Shown here one piece after another: positions 18,701 to 27,136 of a stretch of DNA of 64,000 bases; the first letter of the stretch is position 1, and every line of letters begins with the position of its first letter. A program made the translations under genes and the position numbers. This stretch comes from an uncultured Verrucomicrobiae bacterium. Its GTDB lineage: Bacteria; Verrucomicrobiota; Verrucomicrobiia; Chthoniobacterales; JAFAMB01. The stretch spans positions 256,001-320,000 of the forward strand of contig CAVXLD010000001.1 in NCBI GenBank assembly GCA_963762565.1, read 5' to 3'. The notes under the pieces are model-generated. The model was not told the DNA's origin, ran no database searches, and was given only the letters and a program-made list of their open reading frames with translations.

Positions 18701-19471
18701 AGAAACCTGTATCGACCGAAGTTTCTCCACTTGTTCATTCGCCAGCACGATGTCGGCCTTTAGCTGCTCTGAATTCCGAAACGAGAGATGCAGGTCGAGT
18801 ACCCGTAACTCATCGAACAGCGCCCGGTAGCGGCGTGCTTTGCCGGCCTGGCGTTGGAGCGAACCGATCTGGCGCTTCACTTCCTTCATGATGTCCGTCA
18901 ACCGAAGGAGATTGGCGTCGGTGTACTCCAGTTTTCTGAGGGCCTCTTTCTTCTGAGCCTTATATTTCGTAACCCCAGCTGCCTCTTCGAAAATTGCCCG
19001 CCGGTCTTCCGGCCTGGAGCTTAAGATCTGGTCGATCCTGCCTTGCTCCATGATCGAATAGGCTGCTCGGCCGACCCCGGTGTCCATGAAGAGCATCTGA
19101 ATGTCTTTCAGCCGGCAGGGAACCCGATTGAGGAGATAGTCTGAACGGCCGTCCCGATAAACTCGCCGGGTGATATTGACCTCGTTAAATTCGACCCCCA
19201 GATCTTTTTCACACTCCGCGAAGGTCAGCGAGACCTCGGCCATACCAACCGCCTGTTTCGTATCGGTCCCGCTAAAGATAACGTCCGCCATTTCCCCACC
19301 GCGAAGGGCCTTGGCCGACTGCTCGCCCAAAGCCCAGCGGATAGCGTCCAGCACATTCGATTTTCCACACCCGTTCGGCCCGACGATTGCCGATACCCCG
19401 CGGTGAAGATTCAGCGTAGTTCGCTGAGCAAAGGATTTAAATCCAGTTAATTCGATCGACTTTAGATACAT
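15734..19471 (-). CDS. smc: Chromosome segregation protein SMC
   Basis: GFKSF, GPNGCGKSN, coiled coils and hinge, LSGGE, LDEMDAPLD; ATG start chosen at MYLK. Confidence 0.97.
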   Translation of the reverse strand: MYLKSIELTGFKSFAQRTTLNLHRGVSAIVGPNGCGKSNVLDAIRWALGEQSAKALRGGEMADVIFSGTDTKQAVGMAEVSLTFAECEKDLGVEFNEVNITRRVYRDGRSDYLLNRVPCRLKDIQMLFMDTGVGRAAYSIMEQGRIDQILSSRPEDRRAIFEEAAGVTKYKAQKKEALRKLEYTDANLLRLTDIMKEVKRQIGSLQRQAGKARRYRALFDELRVLDLHLSFRNSEQLKADIVLANEQVEKLRSIQVSLEEQIESQEFGLADQRHELEALEEEILVVRQTGQDIKNRIDVAINRISFNEERAREASGLIGRYESDVSAAQEKLLIQEGQLEETDHQLAELFESLRAEEERLEEHQREVSDSRARRLDQEREAQRFQQEVQLRENRTASIRGELANVLNQREGSQTRLTLVEQELRQAESGRDQVRSQLEQSRTEMAQAGGQVQSCRDALRDSEHDGVNQQRMLQEMVAAIARKQRSLAERESKLEVLSQLNREGEGLDSGTQAVLRGLNDPSLFRSSVLGVLANSLEVSSEFVPAIEAALDHHLQVVLVADRDVAEAISRQLMDVKEGRAGLVSIDAVSRLAPVQIQTLPAEAMGWALDRVKTRPEIAPLVNKLLGNVALAPDFDTALRITRQNADVAVATPSGEFISERGVVFAGIRGNDGSSVLRRKVQMRELADACTQLQAELDAAQQSQAEVETRLADTHQKISENREALQQAQVLESTVQGQIALLDRELRDVEGKVKSLTWEKQNTEERLRSATAKTGLLESELTKLGEEAANFQERLGAALAQVEALRGTEESLVDSLNELKVRVATERQRREDLNRQRQPLANRIVELQELISSRQGDVRNYLARIEQLEQENDALQQKNASLQQEQEAAELEVERLTGEKSTRVASVEAVELNLRQLRKQLIDHQEQRGEQEVRSTQFRLRLDSLLEQVQRRYQIDLNTFQPEWEAFLKSLKEQRSRLKAAMDTELADGVADIANLREEDWESTRAIVSEMTERLDGMGPVNLESIQEYDELEERQRFLENQHNDLVKAKGELLDIINQINATTQKLFAETFEEVRKNFQEMFSELFGGGKANLLLIDDADPLESGIEIIAKPPGKQLQSITLLSGGEKTMTAVALLFSVYMVKPSPFCVLDEMDAPLDESNINRFIKILDRFVHQSQFVVITHNKRTIAKADVLYGVTMEEHGISKLVGVRLTKREEEPELEGTAASNTSNTSEEVPVTAGTEEAG

Positions 19472-19524
19472 GGGTCTGAACGATCGAACGCTAGACAACT
19501 ATGGGTTCCCTGACAAGACGAAAA

Positions 19525-19571
19525 ATACAATCTTTAGGACTCTGTTGAGGAGTAACCACAAGATATTGGGG
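19525..19571. promoter_or_regulatory. Tandem NrdR-box-like sites upstream of smc
   Basis: atacaatctttaggac (19525) and ccacaagatattgggg (19556), 31 bp apart, versus consensus acaCwAtATaTwGtgt. Confidence 0.6.
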
Positions 19572-19593
19572 TCAGGTCGGTCGACCGCATATT

Positions 19594-19840
19594 GGTAGGG
19601 CGAGGCTCCCGAAAGGCCTAAAGCTATGGTACCAGAGGTTTTTAGATGATGCGACGCTCCGGCAAGCGAATTGGGTCGGAAAACGCGCCGAGCCGTGGTC
19701 TATGAGGTGGCAGTGGATGAAACGTGGCAGATCAGGGGAGAGCGGCTCGGCACGTTTCCTGGCCTAACATTGCTCCGGGCATCGAATGATTCCTCTCCCT
19801 CCGATGACGTCCGCCGGTCTTTCGGGAGCCTCGCCCTACC
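19594..19840. repeat. Family B element
   Basis: Perfect 18-nt terminal IR plus inner CGCCGAGCCG/CGGCTCGGC blocks. Confidence 0.9.
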
Positions 19841-19842
19841 AA

Positions 19843-20997
19843 TCAATCGCCGTTCGTTAGCAGCTTGACAGGGGTCGGCGAGGGCTGCGGGGCCTTACCA
19901 TGAAGAAACGGATTCTGCTCCGGCTGCGGCGCCTTCCGAATTACTGCTACCGGTGTCGATACAGGGGTTGCACCGTCCACAGTGTAAACCTGGTCGCGCA
20001 GGCCCGGGAGTGGAGAGTACCCTTCAAAACGGGCCACCAGATCCGGGTCACTCTTATTCGGGGTTCCATTCGGGAGCTTGAAATCAAACACGCTGACTCC
20101 GAACCTTCTCTCACCATTGTATGATCGGCCATCGCTCGCGCCGACCATCACCCGCTTATTAGTCCCTTTTTCTTTGCCCAGGTAGATCATGACATGAGTG
20201 ACTGGGACATCGCGGTCTACCTTGTAAGTGCCGGACCAGAACATCAGGTCGCCTGGCCGGAGTTCTTCGAGCTCGAACGTGTCAGCGTTCCGGCTGAGCA
20301 CCGAACGAAAGTTTCCATTTTTTCGAACCCAGAGATACTGGTCGCTCGACTGGCGGGGAACGTCTTTGTATCCGGCGTTGCTCAAAACATAGTAGATAAA
20401 CCCGGAGCAATCCATACCACCGCTGGCAGGATCGTCTGACCCGTAGGTGTAGGCCAAATTCCTTTTCGTTAACTCAAGCGCAGAGCGGATCAAATCCTGA
20501 ACCCGTTGAGGTTGGCTATCGAAATCCTTGAGTTGGCTTGGATCGAGCGAGGCAACTGCAACCGGCTGGTTCTGCGGGCTCGGCTTTGGAGTCTCTTCAG
20601 GCGTTGGCGTGGGCTTGCTGTCTTCCGACTTTTCCCGGTGCTTCGCATGTTTTGGAGGAGATGAGTCCTCGTCGTCATCCACCGAGTTTTTCTTCGCTTT
20701 CGGTTTCTCCGCGCTCTCATCCTCCCTGTCAGAACTGCTGCGGGCGGACTCTTCCGTCGTCAGTTTAGACTTCGGCGAAGGAGACGGGGAAGCGTGACGT
20801 TGCAGAGTAGATGAATGATGATGGATCCGCTTTTTTGCTGGAGTAGGGGTCGCCTCCTCTTGCAGCTGCTGTCTTACAGTCCGACCCCATTTATCCAATG
20901 AGCGATAAACGGCGTCCAAAGGGTTATCATCGCCCCTTACCTCGGAGGCCGCAAAAGCCAGCAACGAATAAGCTGGCGCTAAAACCAGATATCTCAT
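19843..20997 (-). CDS. Secreted NlpC/P60 (C40) peptidase with low-complexity linker
   Basis: YTYGSDD, MDCSGF, THVMIY. Confidence 0.88.
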   Translation of the reverse strand: MRYLVLAPAYSLLAFAASEVRGDDNPLDAVYRSLDKWGRTVRQQLQEEATPTPAKKRIHHHSSTLQRHASPSPSPKSKLTTEESARSSSDREDESAEKPKAKKNSVDDDEDSSPPKHAKHREKSEDSKPTPTPEETPKPSPQNQPVAVASLDPSQLKDFDSQPQRVQDLIRSALELTKRNLAYTYGSDDPASGGMDCSGFIYYVLSNAGYKDVPRQSSDQYLWVRKNGNFRSVLSRNADTFELEELRPGDLMFWSGTYKVDRDVPVTHVMIYLGKEKGTNKRVMVGASDGRSYNGERRFGVSVFDFKLPNGTPNKSDPDLVARFEGYSPLPGLRDQVYTVDGATPVSTPVAVIRKAPQPEQNPFLHGKAPQPSPTPVKLLTNGD

Positions 20998-22319
20998 GTC
21001 CCTTTCGCAATCTCCTCGAGGAGATTCCTATTTAGACGGATGCCGGCCGTGAAATTATCAACTGGGAAATTTTCATTGGGCGAATGAACTCTGGCATCCG
21101 GCAGGGCTAAACCGAGTAAGAGCGAATCTAAGCCAAGAACATCTTTGAAGCTCTGGATAATCGGCAAGGTGCCACCCTCTCTGACAAAAGCGATAGGTTG
21201 GTCGAACGTTTGCTTCAACGCCCGTTGGGCCACCTTCCCGTAGCCGGAATCCGGGCTTACCAAGTATGGTCTTCCTTGATGTTGATAAAGTATTTCAATC
21301 TCGACGGATTGCGGGCAGATCTTGGTTAGGAATTTTGTGATCGTCGTTCGCAGCTCAGTCGGATCCTGGTCCGGCACCAGACGGAATGAGAGCTTAGCGA
21401 ATGCTTTACTGGGAACGATGGTCTTGGGTCCTTCTCCTTGATATCCGCCTCCGATACCGTTGACTTCAGCGGTAGGCCGCGCCCAAACCCGTTCCAGCGT
21501 GCTGAATCCGACCTCGCCCGCTAACACGGGGGATCCTGTCTGGGCCAACCATTGGCTGTCGTTGTAAGGAAGTTTGGGCCAAAGTTCCCGTTCCCAATCG
21601 GCAATCGGCTGGACGCGATCATAAAAACCTGGCACAGCCACTCTGCCGTCCGAGTCGTGCAACTGGGCGATCATCTCAGTGAGAACAGTGGCTGGGTTAG
21701 CAACGGATCCTCCAAAGATTCCGGAATGGAGGTCGGCCGCCGGCCCGCGAAGGCGAACCTCAAGACAAAGAATCCCCCGCAGACCATAGCTGAATGTCGG
21801 TATTCCCGGACCTACCATCCCAGTATCCGAAATCGCTATGATGTCCGCCGCTAACTCCTTGGCGTAAGTTTTCAGGAATTCCTCTAGAGTCGGACTCCCA
21901 GTCTCTTCTTCTCCCTCGATAATAAAGGTGACATTAACAGGAAGCTCCCCTTTCTCTTTTAATGCCTGTTCTACGCCCAGGATGTGCGCCAGAATTTGCC
22001 CCTTATTATCAGTAGCGCCCCTGGCGAAAATTCTGCCGTCGCGCACAGTCGGCTCAAACGGCGGCGTTTCCCATAGATCCAACGGATCAGCAGGTTGGAC
22101 ATCGTAATGACCATAAATCAGCACGGTCTTTTTCCCGGGAGAATGAGGGGTCTTGGCCAAGATCACCGGTTGCCCCGCCGTAGCGATCTTGCTCGCTTCC
22201 AGCCCTGCTTTCCGCAGACGGTTGGTTAACCAATCCGCGCACGCATCAACATCGGGTTTGTACTTGCTATCCGCCGAGACAGAGGGGAATCGGAGAAACT
22301 CGAGAAGGTCATCGATCAT
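20994..22319 (-). CDS. M20-family dipeptidase
   Basis: YGHYDVQP, RGATDNKG, EGEEE, HSPNE. Confidence 0.92.
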   Translation of the reverse strand: MIDDLLEFLRFPSVSADSKYKPDVDACADWLTNRLRKAGLEASKIATAGQPVILAKTPHSPGKKTVLIYGHYDVQPADPLDLWETPPFEPTVRDGRIFARGATDNKGQILAHILGVEQALKEKGELPVNVTFIIEGEEETGSPTLEEFLKTYAKELAADIIAISDTGMVGPGIPTFSYGLRGILCLEVRLRGPAADLHSGIFGGSVANPATVLTEMIAQLHDSDGRVAVPGFYDRVQPIADWERELWPKLPYNDSQWLAQTGSPVLAGEVGFSTLERVWARPTAEVNGIGGGYQGEGPKTIVPSKAFAKLSFRLVPDQDPTELRTTITKFLTKICPQSVEIEILYQHQGRPYLVSPDSGYGKVAQRALKQTFDQPIAFVREGGTLPIIQSFKDVLGLDSLLLGLALPDARVHSPNENFPVDNFTAGIRLNRNLLEEIAKGT

Positions 22320-22340
22320 TCGTTACTGATACACCTTAGA

Positions 22341-22397
22341 ACAACGCCGACAACGAGCGACAACGAGCGACAACGAGCGACAACGAGCGACAACGCC
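22341..22397. repeat. 9-10-mer tandem repeat (acaacgccg/acaacgagcg x4); inverted partner at ~22723-22748
   Basis: Directly visible tandem units. Confidence 0.85.
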
Positions 22398-22417
22398 GGG
22401 AACGTTCGGACCGCGTG

Positions 22418-22691
22418 TGGAGGGGAGCCGCTTTGGCGCGTGCCCTAACGCCGGCCGAAATTTGTTCATATCATTAGCCTGACCTGAAAATGTGAAGGCA
22501 AGCGGCTCCCGGGAACTACCCAGCGCATGTTTCGCCCGACGGCTTCGTTGTTCTGTTTTCTACGCGGCGGATAGAACTTCGGACCACTGGGTTATTCCCG
22601 GGAGCCGCCTGTTTAACACACATCTCAGCGACGCTCGTGGCATAGCAAAGTTGCGAGACTCTGGCACACGCGCCAAAGCGGCTCCCCTCCA
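22418..22691. repeat. Family A element
   Basis: TGGAGGGGAGCCGCTTTGGCGCG ... CGCGCCAAAGCGGCTCCCCTCCA with inner IR. Confidence 0.9.
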
Positions 22692-22771
22692 GGCGCTGGA
22701 ACCTTCGCCGACCTCGCTCATTCCGGCGTTGTCGGCGTTGACGGCGTTACCACCGTCGGTAGGCTCAGGTC

Positions 22772-24046
22772 ATGCTCGACATTCGTCTCCTAAGGGAAAA
22801 ACCGGACTTTGTTCGTGAACGCCTGGCCACCCGCGGAGGAGACCTGTCTTCCCAAGTCGATGCGATACTGATGCAAGACGCGGAAAGGCGCCGAGCCGAG
22901 ACCGAGCTGCAGAAACGCAATGCGGAACGAAACCGGATAAGTAAAGAGATCGGCCAGCTTCGGGCCAAAAAAAAACCTAGCGCTGAGTTGGAAGCGCAGG
23001 TCCGCAAAATCGCTGAGGAGATTGCGGTGTTAACAGACGAGGTAAATCAGGCAGATGAGCGGCAGAAACTGCTTCTGCTGAATCTGCCAAATTTGCCGCA
23101 TGCAACTGTGCCGGTGGGAGCAAACGCCGACGCGAACCCGGTGGTGCGCACTTGGGGTGAAGCACCGGTCTATTCTTTTCCGTTGCGCGATCATGTTGAT
23201 CTCGCCACCGATCTTCGCTTAATCGACTTCGAGCGCGCGGCCAAAATCAGTGGCAGCGGCTTTATCTGTTTTACACACCTGGGTGCGCGCCTCCAGCGGG
23301 CTCTAATTCAATTCCTGCTTGACCTACATACAGAAAAACACGGGTACATCGAGACCGCGCCGCCGTTCTTAGTTCGGCGTGAAGCGATGGTCGGAACGGG
23401 ACAACTTCCGAAATTCGAACAGGAGATGTGTTACGGAGTCGAAGATAACTCGCTCTATTTGATCCCAACGGCGGAAGTCCCTGTGACCAACCTTTATCGG
23501 GAAGAGATCCTTCCCGAAACAGATCTTCCAAAACGCTTCGTTGCGTACACTCCTTGTTTTAGAAGAGAGGCAGGAGCGGCCGGTAAGGAGACCCGTGGCC
23601 TGATCCGCGTGCACCAGTTCGACAAGGTCGAACTCGTAAAGATCACAACTCCGGAAACTGCGTACCAGGAGCTCGAGTTGTTGACAGCTGATGCCGAAAA
23701 AGTGCTCCAGTTACTCGGGTTGCATTATAGGACCATCGAGCTTTGCACCGGAGACATCGGCTTCAGCGCAGCGAAGACTTACGATATCGAGGTTTGGGCG
23801 CCCGGGACGGGACGGTATCTTGAAGTATCGAGTTGTTCGAATTGCGAGGATTTCCAAGCTCGCAGGATGAACCTTAAGTTCAAAGACACCGAAGGGAAGA
23901 ACCGATTATGCCACACGCTCAACGGATCGGGGACCGCGTTACCCCGGCTGTTTGTGGCTTTGATTGAAACCTATCAGCAGGCCGACGGCACGATTCAGGT
24001 TCCGGAACCGCTCTGGGAATATGTTAAGGTGAAGGTTATTAAATAG
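22772..24046 (+). CDS. serS: Serine-tRNA ligase
   Basis: MLDI, PTAEVP, FRREAG, RVHQFDKVE, HTLNGSG. Confidence 0.97.
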   Translation: MLDIRLLREKPDFVRERLATRGGDLSSQVDAILMQDAERRRAETELQKRNAERNRISKEIGQLRAKKKPSAELEAQVRKIAEEIAVLTDEVNQADERQKLLLLNLPNLPHATVPVGANADANPVVRTWGEAPVYSFPLRDHVDLATDLRLIDFERAAKISGSGFICFTHLGARLQRALIQFLLDLHTEKHGYIETAPPFLVRREAMVGTGQLPKFEQEMCYGVEDNSLYLIPTAEVPVTNLYREEILPETDLPKRFVAYTPCFRREAGAAGKETRGLIRVHQFDKVELVKITTPETAYQELELLTADAEKVLQLLGLHYRTIELCTGDIGFSAAKTYDIEVWAPGTGRYLEVSSCSNCEDFQARRMNLKFKDTEGKNRLCHTLNGSGTALPRLFVALIETYQQADGTIQVPEPLWEYVKVKVIK

Positions 24047-24581
24047 GACTGGAAGCCCCGCGCCCGGAACGTCTGCCCGTCGATCTGAGCGAGGGATTTC
24101 ATATTCGCTGCGATAAGTTTTCACACTCAGCCGGAAAGCCTTGGCGCAGATCGGCCTCGGTCAACATTTTTCCGCTTAGCGGTGAACGGCAAAGATGGTA
24201 AGATTGCTCCGGCCACGTGCCCACAGGACTTGACCAGTTCCGCGGAGATTTCTTCCATCTGCGTGCGGTAGATGGGCTAGGCCGGTAGGCTGCCCAGGCG
24301 TTGCCGACGATATGGCACCACCCTTGATGGATAAAGAACTTCCACTGGATGCCCGAGCGTTTTAGCAACCGTAGGAACCGAATCAAACCCTGAGCCGCGG
24401 TTCGGCGCCGTTCAGGCGTAGCCCATGGTGGGAGGCGGAAAATTCACACCGTTCGCAGACGCCATTAGCAAGGTCCAGAGCCTCCCGAACCCAAAGTGAG
24501 CCCTCGCCCATTCTGCCTTCCGGTTTAAGGAAACGAGCCGCGTTAAGGGCATGCTGTGTTCCCACTATCCCTCTCAAAAAA

Positions 24582-26564
24582 ATGAAACTTGCTGGAATTA
24601 AATGGTTTGCCTTAGTGGCAATCCTACTAGCAGTTTTCCCGGCTCTCGCGGCCGATGTTCTTACATTTCATAATGACCCAGGCCGGACCGGACTCAACGA
24701 TCACGAAACGATATTGAATCCGACTAACGTCAACGCAGACAATTTCGGTCTACTGTTCAACCTTCCGGTTGATGGCTGGGTTGATGCGCAACCCCTCTAT
24801 ATCTCAAGCGTCTCCATGCGAGGAGCGGGACGCAAGAATGTAGTGCTCGTAGCTACCGAGCACGATTCGGTTTACGCTTTTGATGCCGACACAGGCACAC
24901 TTTGCTGGCAGGTCAGTCTGCTGGCAGGGAATGAAGTTCCGTCCGACAAGCGGGGTTGCGGAGAGATAACCCCGGAGATCGGCATCACCGCGACACCGGT
25001 GATTACACGGGAATCCGACAATCCGGGAACGGTTTACCTGGAAGCAATGAGCAAAACCGCCGGCAAAAAGTCGGCCGTTTATCACCAGCGTTTGCATGCG
25101 TTATCCCTAGCCGATGGCTCGGAACTAGCCGGTAGCCCGATAGAGATCCGAGCTTCGTTTCCTGGAAAAGGTCCGGGAAATGACGACGAAGGGCATGTCA
25201 TTTTTGATCCGGCCGATTACAAGGAAAGGGCCGCTCTCCTGCTGCACAACAATGTTATCTATACCGCCTGGGCCTCACATTGCGATATCGCCCCGTATAC
25301 TGGGTGGATAATCGGCTATCGCGTGAACGGTTTGGGCCGCGTAGTGGTTCTCAACGTCGACCCAAATGGCCATCCCACGAGTAAATTTCTTCCCGACGGA
25401 TCCGGCAGCTCCTTCTCGGGCAGCGGCGCCGGATTATCTGCTGATAATAATGGATTTATATACGGTCTGACTGGGAGCGGGCCGTTCGGGGAGCCATCGC
25501 CCAATGGCTTCCCTAAAAACGACGACTACGGAGATACCTTTGTAAAACTATCAGACTGGCGCCTAAAGGTGATCGACTATTTCACGCCTTACAACCAAGC
25601 CGAGCAAGTGGCCGGTGACACCGCGTTGGGTTCGGGCGGCACGTTAATCTTACCGGACATGGTCACAGCATCGGGCGAGATTGTCCGTCTAGCGGTCGGT
25701 GCGGGAGGAGACGGGAATATCTATGTGGTCAACCGAGATCGCATGGGAAAGATCAATCTCAAAACCTATGATAACAGCAATGTTTACCAAGAGATCCAGC
25801 ACGCTTTAGGAGGCAGCGTATTTGGAAGTCCTGCCTACTTTAACGGTTATCTCTTTTATGGAGCGGTTAACGCAACCCTCAGACAGTTCACTTTTCATGC
25901 CGGACTATTGAGCATCAACGCCACTTCGGCCACCGCCAACACCTTCAATTATCGCGGAACTACTCCCAGCGTCTCGTCAGCCGGCAACGAATCTGGAATC
26001 GTCTGGGCTTACGAGAACGCTTCTTCCGGGGATGCGGTATTGCACGCCTACAACGCGCTGGATCTAACTCAAGAGTTGTATAACAGCGCCCAGGCGCCTA
26101 ATAAGCGGGACGCATTGGGCGCAGCTAACAAATTCATCGTGCCGACGATTTGCAACGGAAAGGTGTTTGTTGCCACCACAAATTCGGTAGGAGTGTTTGG
26201 CTTGTTAGCCGCGAAAGGGCCTCACGATGTTACCCAGTGGATGAAGGTCGACCGTGAAGAGGACCCTGCTGATCGGGAAGACGACAATATTCCTGTAAAG
26301 ATTTCGGTGACTAACATCGGGACTGAGACAATAACGGGCCCGGTCTCGCTAGTGTTCGACGACCTAAATCCAGAATCATATGTTTTGGACCCGGATGGTT
26401 CCACCACCGTGGCGGCGCCAACTGGAAGTTTTTACATCAACTTCACTCCTTCGAGCGGCGAGCTCGTGAAAGACCAAACCGAAACCAGAATCGTTAGGTT
26501 CCGTTCCGGAACCGAAACCGTTCGGTACCGCCCGCGTGTTCTGGCGGGAGTGGGAATCCGGTGA
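24582..26564 (+). CDS. Secreted PQQ-propeller-like protein with C-terminal beta domain, paralog 1
   Basis: Signal peptide; DVLTFHNDPGRTG, VATEHDSVYAFDAD, GITATPVI; colinear with the next gene. Confidence 0.75.
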   Translation: MKLAGIKWFALVAILLAVFPALAADVLTFHNDPGRTGLNDHETILNPTNVNADNFGLLFNLPVDGWVDAQPLYISSVSMRGAGRKNVVLVATEHDSVYAFDADTGTLCWQVSLLAGNEVPSDKRGCGEITPEIGITATPVITRESDNPGTVYLEAMSKTAGKKSAVYHQRLHALSLADGSELAGSPIEIRASFPGKGPGNDDEGHVIFDPADYKERAALLLHNNVIYTAWASHCDIAPYTGWIIGYRVNGLGRVVVLNVDPNGHPTSKFLPDGSGSSFSGSGAGLSADNNGFIYGLTGSGPFGEPSPNGFPKNDDYGDTFVKLSDWRLKVIDYFTPYNQAEQVAGDTALGSGGTLILPDMVTASGEIVRLAVGAGGDGNIYVVNRDRMGKINLKTYDNSNVYQEIQHALGGSVFGSPAYFNGYLFYGAVNATLRQFTFHAGLLSINATSATANTFNYRGTTPSVSSAGNESGIVWAYENASSGDAVLHAYNALDLTQELYNSAQAPNKRDALGAANKFIVPTICNGKVFVATTNSVGVFGLLAAKGPHDVTQWMKVDREEDPADREDDNIPVKISVTNIGTETITGPVSLVFDDLNPESYVLDPDGSTTVAAPTGSFYINFTPSSGELVKDQTETRIVRFRSGTETVRYRPRVLAGVGIR

Positions 26565-26768
26565 GGGCTACATAGGTCACAGAGAAAACAGACAATTTAA
26601 CAGGAAGGCCACTAAGGCCGCAAAGACGGACTGCCTCAATCCGGCACTCCCCTTTGCGGCCTTTCTGTTTATTTTTCCTTTCTTTCAGTCAGATCAATGT
26701 CCTCGACCGAAGTAGCTAAAAGGGGCGAAGTCTGTTCTCTAGGCAAAATCTGGAAGGATCGCAAGATT

Positions 26769-27009
26769 GGTGAGGCGAGGCTCCCGGAGACACGACTTGG
26801 TCCAGGGATGAACTCCGCCAGCCGCGAGGATAGCTGAGCACCGCCGAAAACTGCCAAGCTAGCTTGCCGACGGCGTGCCCCCCAACTCTGATATGCAAAA
26901 GAAAGTCCGCTCCAGCCCGATCGTTTGGTGAGCACGCCAGACCGGCTCAAACCCTGATACACATGCTCGCCGGCATTGCGGCGCAACGCGCCTTAGGGTC
27001 TCGTCCCAT
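26769..27009. repeat. Degenerate family B element
   Basis: GGTGAGGCGAGGCTCCCG left end; right end decayed. Confidence 0.5.
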
Positions 27010-27136
27010 AAGTAACATGCGCTGCGCTGCGATCAAAGTGGGCAGCAATTGCCTTTTTTGTGTTCGATTTTGGAGAACGAACTGCGGTAAAACTTGGTTT
27101 ACCTTCCCACCTCAGAAATCTCACAGGACGAACTCC

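Noticed and set aside
22341..22397. acaacgagcg x4 as CRISPR or iterons
   Set aside because: Head-to-tail 10-mers without spacers or a rep gene; part of the micro-repeat families.
26864..27136. 91-aa N-terminal extension of paralog 2 in the ORF track
   Set aside because: Crosses a decayed repeat; the signal peptide and alignment with paralog 1 start at 27137.
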